Positions 1 to 8,504 of a stretch of 39,904 bases of DNA are shown here, piece by piece. The notes below the pieces were generated by a model, which was not told the origin of the DNA, did no database searches, and saw only the letters and a program-made list of their open reading frames with translations. Made by a program: the position numbers and the translations under genes. Within the stretch, counting starts at the first letter, position 1; the number at the start of each line of letters is the position of its first letter. Source of the stretch: Methanobacteriota archaeon (lineage in GTDB: Archaea > Thermoplasmatota > Poseidoniia > Poseidoniales > Poseidoniaceae); the NCBI GenBank assembly GCA_018650165.1, contig JABIGM010000016.1, forward strand, positions 1 to 39,904. Reading direction: 5' to 3'.

Positions 1-135
1 AGATAATCAAGACTTCTTGTCCCTCAAAATACGAAGAACAGGCTGAATGATCGCTATTGCAAATTTAGCAATGGCATTTTATTTGAACAAACTACCCCGG
101 TGGGTTCAAAACAGACAGTCGTCACGGCCATTCGG

Positions 136-443
136 GATAGGAGGGGAGTTTGCGTGCCCTTTTCCGCAAATCGCAGATGGCGGTCCGAACACCAAGGGGC
201 GGCTCAGCCGGTCCATGGATTCCTACAGGCGGACGTCGATGTCTCGCCCCCACGTGACCCGGGTGTCATGAACCGAAGCCGGAAGGAATCGGGAAATGAA
301 TAACCGGGGGATCAGGTCAGGCCGGGAACGGAGCAGCCCTACTTGGGGCCATGGGTGCCGTGGGGAATCGGGATGGAGGAAGCTTGTAGATTTGGTTCGT
401 GAATACGAGGGTCCACCCTTGGGATTCCCACTCACTCCTATTA
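136..443 (+). ncRNA. ffs: Archaeal SRP (7S) RNA
   Basis: Helix-8 signature TCAGGCCGGGAACGGAGCAGCC at ~317-338. Long-range pairings are visible: ATAGGAG (5' end) with CTCCTAT (3' end), CCAAGGG with CCCTTGG, CTACAGGC with GCTTGTAG, CCCCACG with CGTGGGG. About 305 nt and GC-rich relative to its flanks. Ends approximate. Confidence 0.9.
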
Positions 444-622
444 TTGTCCTCGGTATTGATTAGGCTGCGTATTCAACGTAACTTCTGTATGCAAAGTTTA
501 GGACATATTCCTACAATCTGTTGGATGTTAATCCGGTATTCTAACTAAATTTCATTCGTACTTTTTTTAATTTCAATAAACAAGGGTTTGTAAGCAATAA
601 TTACAGGACTTGGTAAGATAGC

Positions 623-1108
623 ATGGACACAATAGTTTTGGTAACGTTTTGGTTTTCGTCAGTTTTCATCGGACCGCTTTGGTTCATAATGTGGTTTTTC
701 CCTCGTCATGATATTACTATGAAGTACGTGGGTAATTTAAGACTCGTAGTTGCACCCCTGGTCATATCTTATGGTATTCTTTTAGCACCGAATTTACTAG
801 AAGTTTTGTTAACATTGGGATCGCAAATGCCGACGCCGGAAATAGTTCTAGAAATGTTTTCTAAAGACCAAATGATTATGCTAGCGTGGCTTCATTTCTT
901 GGTAATGGACACATTTGCTGGACGTTATGTGTGGTTAAGAATGCTTGAATCTGACAAGCCCATACAAATTTCATTACCGATTCTTATCACTTGCATGATG
1001 GTAGGACCACTTGGTTTGCTACTGGGTATTCTCTTTACTAACGATGTTAAAGAATCCTTTTCAGTTGTAGATATCGGTGATGAAAATGAAAATCAATCCA
1101 TGGCATGA
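623..1108 (+). CDS. ABA4-like (DUF4281) membrane protein
   Basis: Four hydrophobic segments; AWLHFLVMDTFAGRYV and MMVGPLGLLL match the WxHxxxxDLFxGR and GPxGLL motifs of ABA4/DUF4281. Confidence 0.8.
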   Translation: MDTIVLVTFWFSSVFIGPLWFIMWFFPRHDITMKYVGNLRLVVAPLVISYGILLAPNLLEVLLTLGSQMPTPEIVLEMFSKDQMIMLAWLHFLVMDTFAGRYVWLRMLESDKPIQISLPILITCMMVGPLGLLLGILFTNDVKESFSVVDIGDENENQSMA

Positions 1109-1382
1109 CTTTTGCCTATGCTTTCAAGAGTTCTTTTCGGAATACGGTACTGTGAACATAACTGCAAAACATGCAGTATTCGCATCATACCCGGGTGATG
1201 TGGAAACCCACTTTCAAATCAATTCAGATGGTTCACTTGCAGCTTCCATGCCGCTGCATGGAATCAATGGTAAAATCGATAGTGTCGTATTCGACACAAA
1301 ACAGAATATAGTACGAACTAGTAGTAGTGAAATAAATTACGAATATCACATACCGAAGGAAATCCTTCTGCGTAAGTTGTGA
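1077..1382 (+). CDS. Hypothetical protein (start uncertain, overlaps the upstream gene end)
   Basis: A 101-aa ORF fills the gap between the DUF4281 gene and csp and has a globular composition; no motif recognised. Confidence 0.6.
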   Translation: MMKMKINPWHDFCLCFQEFFSEYGTVNITAKHAVFASYPGDVETHFQINSDGSLAASMPLHGINGKIDSVVFDTKQNIVRTSSSEINYEYHIPKEILLRKL

Positions 1383-1395
1383 TCGATTTTAGTAA

Positions 1396-1587
1396 TCACT
1401 CGACTTTGCTAACGCCGACAGCGTTAGGTCCTTTTGGACCTTCGCCGACTTCGAAAGTGACGGTATCTCCGTCGTTTATTTCGCCTTCTACTTCAGAGAT
1501 GTGAACGAAGAGGTCTTTGCCACCTTCAATTTCAATAAATCCGAATCCTTTTGTTTGGTTAAACCACTTGACAGTTCCTTGTGCCAT
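1396..1587 (-). CDS. cspA: Cold-shock domain protein (bacterial Csp type)
   Basis: MAQGTVKWFNQTKGFGFI (RNP1) and DLFVHISEV (RNP2). Confidence 0.97.
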   Translation of the reverse strand: MAQGTVKWFNQTKGFGFIEIEGGKDLFVHISEVEGEINDGDTVTFEVGEGPKGPNAVGVSKVE

Positions 1588-1699
1588 ATTCGGGGCTGCG
1601 TACAATCTAGTACTTGACTATGACCGAGGGTATTCTCATTAAAATAGCGGTTCTGATTGTAGTTTACAGTAGCCGTAGAGTGATGCATTTGCATTATTC

Positions 1700-2167
1700 T
1701 CAGATATCAAAAACAATATCGCAGTACCAACCAGGGCCTTCAAAAGAAGGTACTTCGGGCCATATTGATGAAATCACTTCACCCTTTCCGACCTCTTTGA
1801 ACACAAATTCATGTGTCGTAACAGCCTTAATTTCAACTTCTAATTGTACATCATCCTTCGAAACATAGGAAACTTGCGATTCTATCAAGCCAGAGCGCAT
1901 CATGGGCTGACAATCGAGCAGGAATTCTCCATGAACTTCTGCTCGATAAAGAACTTCATCTAGCCATTTGACAACAAGTATGTCAGAATCTCCATTATGT
2001 GAGGCCTCCCAGCGTGCAACTTTACGAGTTAGGGCATTGATATCTTGTTTTCCAGCCAAGAGTATCATCTGCATTCCAACAGTAACCTCGCTAAGTAAGT
2101 CATTACGATTCTTTCCAAAAGCCCGAATACCAACATCGGCAGTAGTAGGGCGTACCCAATAACTCAA
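1700..2167 (-). CDS. Archease (RtcB cofactor)
   Basis: TTADVGIRAFG (family HTADxxxxxxG) and EIKAVTTHE motifs; TTG start preceded by the SD-like GAGGTGAG. Confidence 0.88.
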   Translation of the reverse strand: MSYWVRPTTADVGIRAFGKNRNDLLSEVTVGMQMILLAGKQDINALTRKVARWEASHNGDSDILVVKWLDEVLYRAEVHGEFLLDCQPMMRSGLIESQVSYVSKDDVQLEVEIKAVTTHEFVFKEVGKGEVISSIWPEVPSFEGPGWYCDIVFDI

Positions 2168-2171
2168 AACC

Positions 2172-3233
2172 TCACCTCTGAGAGATTTGTAGGCTCCAAG
2201 CAACTTCACCAAGCCTGTTGGCTAAATCATCACTCGTTAAAGTGAAGTTTTGGGTTCCACTCATAATACATTCACATGCAGCATTAGCTAGGTAAGCGAT
2301 ATCTTCAGGAGATAGTCCAAGGCTCACACCTGCTGTAACTGCCACACCTGCTGCATCAATAATTCCAATTGCACCACGCGGCTCTGCAAGAGTACATGGA
2401 GCAGAAATCACATCACCATCCTTAGTGTAAACAGTTACGCCATTTTCTCCTTGAAGAACCATTAGATTACCCCAACTATTTTCCTCGATTAATATTTTAG
2501 CAGCCTCTGATGAATCACTACTGACAGTTCTTTTTGCCATCAAGTCAAGGCCACGTGTTTGGAATATAACCCAATCTGCCCCTACTGTTCGGTGCAGTCC
2601 TGTTAACTTAGGATCACAGATTACAGGAACTCCTGCAACCTTTGCAGCATTTATCAAGCGCGATGCACCCTCGTCGGTAATTACACCCTGCCCATAATCT
2701 GAAATTATCAGCGCATCTGCGTTTCCAATCTTAACTACCGCTTGCTCCATGATAGCAGAATGAGCTTCCGAATCAATTGCTGTGTCATCCTCAATATCCC
2801 ATCGAAGAACCAATTGCTGGCTAGAGATCAAATACTCTCTACCAGCAATAAGTCTAGTTTTGACAGTGGTAGTTCGGTCTTCAATAACAGCAATACCATC
2901 ACATTCAACGTCCTCGTTCTCTAAATCATCCAGAATTTTTTGTCCCGGTTCATCATTACCAACGACTCCAAAAAGAATTGCATCTAATCCAATATTTTCT
3001 AGTCCACGTGCAACATGTGCAGCCGCCCCAACATCTTCGTAGCGATGTGTTTCTTTGAGAACAGGAACCGGAGCGCGTGAGTTAAGATTATTTGCATATC
3101 CGTGGATATATCTGTCCAGCATAATATCACCGACAAGGACAATATTACCAGACAAATTTTTGATTTGTGTTTGTAGATTTACTAATCTGTCGTGGGTCTC
3201 GTGCTCAAGGTCGCTCATTCCCATATTACTCAC
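2172..3233 (-). CDS. PfkB/ribokinase-family protein, HldE/RfaE kinase-domain-like, with degenerate catalytic motifs
   Basis: GDIMLDRY..G......APVPV, GVVGND, RTTTVKTR, ISDYGQG, DPK and ANAA follow RfaE domain I; the DVTGAGD motif reads GAIGIID. Confidence 0.85.
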   Translation of the reverse strand: MSNMGMSDLEHETHDRLVNLQTQIKNLSGNIVLVGDIMLDRYIHGYANNLNSRAPVPVLKETHRYEDVGAAAHVARGLENIGLDAILFGVVGNDEPGQKILDDLENEDVECDGIAVIEDRTTTVKTRLIAGREYLISSQQLVLRWDIEDDTAIDSEAHSAIMEQAVVKIGNADALIISDYGQGVITDEGASRLINAAKVAGVPVICDPKLTGLHRTVGADWVIFQTRGLDLMAKRTVSSDSSEAAKILIEENSWGNLMVLQGENGVTVYTKDGDVISAPCTLAEPRGAIGIIDAAGVAVTAGVSLGLSPEDIAYLANAACECIMSGTQNFTLTSDDLANRLGEVAWSLQISQR

Positions 3234-3251
3234 TCCGGGGGTTCTTGTTTT

Positions 3252-4211
3252 TCAATCATCTCTGTCAAGAAGTTCTGCAAGTAGTGTCGCATGCCTCGTC
3301 TCTGTTATGTCTAAAGAACGTCTTAGAGTTGCAAGCATTGCATCTTCATCAGATGTTATCATACCATCTTCAAGAGCCGTAATTAGTGTTTCACGGTAAG
3401 TCGATGTGGCCGTGTCCAATACCGGGTCTGCAATCGCTTCCGCTAGTAATTTATGGTGGGTTTCCAAATCTATGCCAAAGGCTTCCCTCATAGTCGCCAA
3501 GAGTGCTTTCTCATCTCCCAGTATCTCTCCATCAACCATTGCCTGTTGTAGCATATCTCTGTATACTTCTTCAGGAGGCGGTGCATTTTGTAATCGTCGT
3601 GCTTCATCTGATAGCCGACGTACTCTGTCGGGATGCATCCCAATAAAATCCACAACCTCAGAAATTAATTGCTGTTCATCGGTTGTAATTTTACCATCTT
3701 CCCAAGCACGTGCTAGCATTCTTCGCACGAGATTCTCTCCGGCCTGAGCATCAAGTGATGCGGTACCTTCGGGGTTTGAAATTGGTGATACGACTGCAGA
3801 TTCATGGTACACCATACCTTCATCAATATGGGACAGCAGATCAAGAGTTAATTGCCCACCACCCCTTAAATCAGCCATTACAACTTTTTCCCCATTCCGG
3901 ATTACACACTGTGCGAGAATTTTGTCGCGAAGTGCACCAGCTCTAGATTTACCCTCAGGTGTCAACCCATACACTCGCCTACGTTGCTTTGCACCAGGTA
4001 CATGGCGTTGGCCAGTGATCAATTCAGACCGCTTTTCAAGGCGCTTAAGTGTACGCGGGACATGCTTCCTTTGAACGTGTACTGCTGCTGAAATACCTGC
4101 CTGGGTAACCGCATCAGGAGCTTCCCAATGGCCTTCCGGTAGAGGATTGTCATATAGGTGTACGAGGGTACGCTCTTCGGTCGTCATTGTGCCGAGGTAG
4201 CCATCCACCAT
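3252..4211 (-). CDS. Winged-HTH protein with three C-terminal TerB-like helical repeats
   Basis: N-terminal VTQAGISAAVHVQRKHVPRTLKRLE...RRRVYGLTPEG (MarR-like wHTH); three repeats of A(W/M/L)xDGxIxxDE at a spacing of about 55 aa. Confidence 0.75.
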   Translation of the reverse strand: MVDGYLGTMTTEERTLVHLYDNPLPEGHWEAPDAVTQAGISAAVHVQRKHVPRTLKRLEKRSELITGQRHVPGAKQRRRVYGLTPEGKSRAGALRDKILAQCVIRNGEKVVMADLRGGGQLTLDLLSHIDEGMVYHESAVVSPISNPEGTASLDAQAGENLVRRMLARAWEDGKITTDEQQLISEVVDFIGMHPDRVRRLSDEARRLQNAPPPEEVYRDMLQQAMVDGEILGDEKALLATMREAFGIDLETHHKLLAEAIADPVLDTATSTYRETLITALEDGMITSDEDAMLATLRRSLDITETRHATLLAELLDRDD

Positions 4212-4274
4212 TCTTCTCCCTCAACACTTGAGGAGAGGGGAGGCACATAAGACTGGTCACTGTATCGCACTAAC

Positions 4275-5222
4275 ATGGGAGGCGGCCGCCGTTCGAGACC
4301 AAGGGAGCGTCCCAAGCGTCCACTGGGGCTATCTGAAGAAGGGTCTCCAACAAAATTGAATCAGCCCCCCGAACAGCGCGATGATGGTTGGTTTATTCCT
4401 GAACCTATTTCCAATCGACTTTATCAGAAGTCTGCTCTTGGCAAACCGATTGACGGCGGGATTTTATTAACTGCAGAGGAAGTAATGTTCTGTCATTGGC
4501 ACAGACATGTCCCGCTTCCCGAAGGATGGGTGGATGAACGACTGGCAGAAGATCCAAACTTTGCCCATAAGGCAGTAGCATTTGATGTTGTACGCAATGC
4601 TGGTGAAAAGGTGGTTCCGCTGGATGGACGTTGGTTGCGTTGGTCAAGAGAGAGCCACCCTAGCATGGGTGGTCCCGTTGCTGCAATTCGCTGGGCGAGG
4701 GCAAGAGAACATCTTGATATGGATGATTTACTTTCTTGGGCAAAGGACCTAGAACATGAAGGCATGATGGCAGAATTAGCCATAGTAGACGATGAAATGG
4801 ACGTCACGATGTACCGTTTGTCATTAATTGACCCGAAAGGTGATTTACAGCCGGCAACAAGTGAAAGTCACCCCTTACTTGGAGTCGAACATCTTTCTCG
4901 ACGTTTCCTGCGTGATGATGAATTAAATTGGATAAACGGGGTCCAAAATCCTGTTACTGAGTTGTTTGGTGAATTAAATTCACGTGGCCTATTGATGCGG
5001 CCTGGATTCAAATTTGGGTGCAGATGGAGAGTTTATTCCACTCCAGTAGATGTTGACCACGCACCTTGGTTGATGCAGATGGAGATGGATGCTCCATCCA
5101 ACTGGGAGGGCATTTGTCTTTCAGTACGCCTCGCCGAAGGGGTCAACAAAGGCTGGGTCGTTGCTCTCCCCAGAGATGACTGGAATTTCTTGCTCATCAG
5201 GCGCCACCTTCCCGGTAGATGA
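4275..5222 (+). CDS. endA: tRNA splicing endonuclease (duplicated-domain type)
   Basis: GFKFGCRWRVY...DHAPW...VRLAEGVNK carries the Tyr/His/Lys triad; the N-terminal structural repeat ends in LAIVDDEMDVTMY. Confidence 0.92.
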   Translation: MGGGRRSRPRERPKRPLGLSEEGSPTKLNQPPEQRDDGWFIPEPISNRLYQKSALGKPIDGGILLTAEEVMFCHWHRHVPLPEGWVDERLAEDPNFAHKAVAFDVVRNAGEKVVPLDGRWLRWSRESHPSMGGPVAAIRWARAREHLDMDDLLSWAKDLEHEGMMAELAIVDDEMDVTMYRLSLIDPKGDLQPATSESHPLLGVEHLSRRFLRDDELNWINGVQNPVTELFGELNSRGLLMRPGFKFGCRWRVYSTPVDVDHAPWLMQMEMDAPSNWEGICLSVRLAEGVNKGWVVALPRDDWNFLLIRRHLPGR

Positions 5223-7172
5223 GCGAATACCAAGAACGACCCATAGCGTAGAAAGTGCCAGAGCTACGGGAATTAATTTTGCAGGTCTCGTCCACTCTTC
5301 AAATGCAGATTCTTCCATATCATTTGCAACTAATTCAATTTGAATGGTGTATCTATGCCCGGATTCAGATGCTAAAATTATTTCACCTTTGACAATCATT
5401 CCATTGGATAGCAAACCTGACGGGCTAATCTCTAGAGTGATATCCGAACCTTTCGTCAATTTTTGATTAACTTCAGTAGATGCAATTCTTGCAAGGGGTC
5501 CGTCAACACCTACTAGCCAAATCTGAGATTCATTTCCAATCAGTTCCACTGGTATATTTACAATTGATGAATCGGTAACTGGTATTGTTGATTTATACTC
5601 AGACTCCAGAGGAATGTTTCCGAAAATTTCGAATTCATGCCGTACATCAATCGGTGTTCCGAAATCACAAGTAATGGTCCCCGTTATCAGACCAACGACC
5701 CCAATTACACCAACGGCTGAGAACTTTATTTGACTGTCTTCAACTACTATATTTCTACCATCACTACTATCAAGGTCATAAATTATACCGGGGCAGTCTG
5801 CTATGAGTTCTATACTATCGGTGGGGGTTAGTACAGAACCATAATCTGGCATATCAACATCACTTCCATGGCCACAGCCGGGTGATGAAAATTCGACACT
5901 AGGAGTTCCATTTTCAACCGTAATGTTGGCGACCCAATCAACAAGTATTCCATCTCGGTTTCTAATTAATACACCTTCGGAACCAAAACTTCCCCCGTCA
6001 TTAAATAAATCACTTGCTTCACCTTCGCTGGTTCCAGCAACCATATTCTGTTCACCATCGGCTTCGATAACCTTTAGCCACGCCCTTTCTGGATGTGAAT
6101 TGACCAAGTTATCTGCTAAATCACCCGACCCTAAATCCTGTTGAAGAACCAGTATTCCGTTTCCTGGTAAATGAGAATCATATCCGTAATCACTGCGGTA
6201 TTCAATCCAAACATATTCTTCAGTTCCAATTGGAATTTTCAAGGCAGTTCCACCCTCTGACAAACCAGTAAATGTGTAAGTTGGGCCACTACAACTTGTG
6301 TTTTGCAGCCATTTTAATTCGATCTCTTGATGACGTTCACCACCAATTAACTCGATACTAGGGCTTGTAGGGAGAGCCGGCCAAACACCATTTCCATTCC
6401 AATTCCCACTAGCCATTATGTCCCATTTCCCAACACCCTTCCAGGCTTGATTTACGGTGGCATCATGCACTGGATACAAGTCAGCTGCACCTAACTGATG
6501 GTACATTTCATGCATAACAGTTCCAAAGTTATTGGATGAATACTGGCTGGCGATTGTATAGTGGGAGATTTGTATATCATCTGGCAACTCAACAATTTCT
6601 TCAATCGATGAAAAGTGTGACCAAATACGTGAGGATGAACCTCCACCGTCTTCCTGCGGTTTAATACAGTGGAGAATCAGAAACCGATCAACCCAGCCAT
6701 CGTTGTTGAGGTCGTACCTGTCCCAAGAAACTTCATCTTTTACTTCTAAGACAACTTCTTGGGCCAAAGTGTGGGGGTTAACTCCTTTCCTCCCAACATC
6801 TTTCTCGCCATTGACATCATGCCCATAATCTCCCATTGCATAATCAGTAGTAACTATTCGTTCATGGTAGTCAATAGTAAGTGTTGAATCAGGTGCTATG
6901 CCTTGGTTTAAGTAATTTAGAGCAGCGGTGTCAATCAGATTAGATGCACGCTGTTGATTACAATTCTCTACCTCTACTTGGTCGGGAAAATCAATCAAAA
7001 CCACAAACCATCTCTCGTTTTCAGATACTCCTACTAAGGGTCCTTCTTCCGATTTATCAATCGTGATAGCGTGTTCTTCCACCCAGTCATTTAGCGCTTC
7101 ACCATTTAGGTATGCACTAACTGTGAGAAGTGATAGTACAATGGCAATTGGCCAACCTATGACTGGTCGCAT
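5121..7172 (-). CDS. M6 family (immune inhibitor A-like) metallopeptidase, membrane anchored
   Basis: GTVMHEMYHQLGAADLY (HExxH zincin), WDIMASGNWNG, EYVWIEYR, GILV; hydrophobic N- and C-terminal helices. The 3' end overlaps the endA 3' end by ~100 nt. Confidence 0.9.
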   Translation of the reverse strand: MRPVIGWPIAIVLSLLTVSAYLNGEALNDWVEEHAITIDKSEEGPLVGVSENERWFVVLIDFPDQVEVENCNQQRASNLIDTAALNYLNQGIAPDSTLTIDYHERIVTTDYAMGDYGHDVNGEKDVGRKGVNPHTLAQEVVLEVKDEVSWDRYDLNNDGWVDRFLILHCIKPQEDGGGSSSRIWSHFSSIEEIVELPDDIQISHYTIASQYSSNNFGTVMHEMYHQLGAADLYPVHDATVNQAWKGVGKWDIMASGNWNGNGVWPALPTSPSIELIGGERHQEIELKWLQNTSCSGPTYTFTGLSEGGTALKIPIGTEEYVWIEYRSDYGYDSHLPGNGILVLQQDLGSGDLADNLVNSHPERAWLKVIEADGEQNMVAGTSEGEASDLFNDGGSFGSEGVLIRNRDGILVDWVANITVENGTPSVEFSSPGCGHGSDVDMPDYGSVLTPTDSIELIADCPGIIYDLDSSDGRNIVVEDSQIKFSAVGVIGVVGLITGTITCDFGTPIDVRHEFEIFGNIPLESEYKSTIPVTDSSIVNIPVELIGNESQIWLVGVDGPLARIASTEVNQKLTKGSDITLEISPSGLLSNGMIVKGEIILASESGHRYTIQIELVANDMEESAFEEWTRPAKLIPVALALSTLWVVLGIRSSTGKVAPDEQEIPVISGESNDPAFVDPFGEAY

Positions 7173-7203
7173 CAGTATTATTCGGCTTGTTAACCGGTAT
7201 GAA

Positions 7204-8499
7204 TCAATTGCTATTGTGAGTCAACAATATGCCCAGTTTTTTGATTTCTGCAAGTAGCGAATCTTTCGGGCTAGTAATCCAGGCTTGCCGGGGTTGCAAG
7301 TTTAGTCCGAATGGTATTTCTTCACCATAGATTATCTCAGTTACATTAGAATTCTCTATAATTAGAAGAGATCTAGCAACCATTATTTTTTCACTCCAAG
7401 GGTCGACTAATGAGGACATTGCTAATGCTAGGTCAATTGTTTCGTTATCTGTTCTAGCCGCTGACAAATGTGCGATGTCCAAGCTTTCAGTCTCACAACC
7501 CAAAAATCGTAGTGAATCGATGTAGGATGCAGGAAATGAATCTATCATACAACCTGAAAATACTAACTTAGTAGCCTGGAATCTATTTGTTACATCGAGT
7601 AAATGATCCTGTTCAATAGGGCTTCGACATATCGATTTGTACGAAACCATGCCCATTCCTTTCAGTGGTTCAATTCTTGGAGATGTTCCAAAACATGAAC
7701 AATCAACATAAAGCACACGATGCGTTCCACCGTCTTCATCTAGCAAGTCTAGTAGTCCATGTGCAACAGGCATACTGGCCCTGAAAAACCTCCACCCAAC
7801 TAGTTCAACCAAACCTGAAGCAAAGCATGTCAATGCGACAAGAAGTCCTGGGAGACCAGATGGAATAACTAACCACAACAACATCAGCATCATACCATGA
7901 ATCCTCAATCTCCACCAACTAGCATTACCCTCCCAAAGTAATTTTGACATTCCAGCAACCATCACTACACTCATTGCAGCAAGAACCAAAATAATCGCCC
8001 ATGATATCGAAATTGAAATTCTGAGAATCTCAGCCGCATCATAGCGCCCTACTAGGCCATTGACATCATTGAAAGAGTGCCCATAGGAATACAGCCAGGG
8101 CAAGAATATCGTAGTAGTAAACACAAGTGAACCAAAAGCCAGTCCCCCCATAATAACCATCCACACAACAAATGCTCTTCTTTCACTAGGAAGGAGGCCT
8201 GAGCGGGCAAATGAGTACGCCTGTACCATTGCAAATGGTGCCGCAGTTAGTAGGCCGAGTAATGTGGCACTCAGCCATCGAGTACCCGCCCATTCATCTG
8301 GCGAGAATATATTGATGCAAGCATCGGCACATGGATCTAATTGCAACATTGCGTAGTGTAGTAATTCATCAATTGAAAGTGACCATATCCCGGTCAAAAT
8401 TATTACCAAAATTATGACTGTAGTCAATCGACGTGTGAACTCATCGAGGTGAGATTGAACGGGGCGCCTGTCGTCGCTAGACAGGTGCAAATCATTCAT
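7204..8499 (-). CDS. tatC: Divergent TatC with a C-terminal Cys-rich soluble extension
   Basis: SHLDEFTRRL, IFSPDEW, P..MVQAYSF..SGLLPSERR and six TM segments match TatC; about 190 extra C-terminal residues. Confidence 0.78.
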   Translation of the reverse strand: MNDLHLSSDDRRPVQSHLDEFTRRLTTVIILVIILTGIWSLSIDELLHYAMLQLDPCADACINIFSPDEWAGTRWLSATLLGLLTAAPFAMVQAYSFARSGLLPSERRAFVVWMVIMGGLAFGSLVFTTTIFLPWLYSYGHSFNDVNGLVGRYDAAEILRISISISWAIILVLAAMSVVMVAGMSKLLWEGNASWWRLRIHGMMLMLLWLVIPSGLPGLLVALTCFASGLVELVGWRFFRASMPVAHGLLDLLDEDGGTHRVLYVDCSCFGTSPRIEPLKGMGMVSYKSICRSPIEQDHLLDVTNRFQATKLVFSGCMIDSFPASYIDSLRFLGCETESLDIAHLSAARTDNETIDLALAMSSLVDPWSEKIMVARSLLIIENSNVTEIIYGEEIPFGLNLQPRQAWITSPKDSLLAEIKKLGILLTHNSN

Positions 8500-8504
8500 A
8501 ATAA

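Noticed and set aside
1-46. Possible 3' end of an upstream gene (DNQDFLSLKIRRTG*)
   Set aside because: Too short to support.
47-435. Three short ORFs (47-271, 100-303, 223-435)
   Set aside because: They overlap the SRP RNA; GC-rich structured RNA yields spurious ORFs.
1396-1587. Bacterial-type Csp in an archaeon
   Set aside because: Already known from marine and halophilic archaea; not novel.
5121-7172. M6 peptidase as a novelty on its own
   Set aside because: Extracellular peptidases are a known hallmark of MGII; only its context with tatC is noted.
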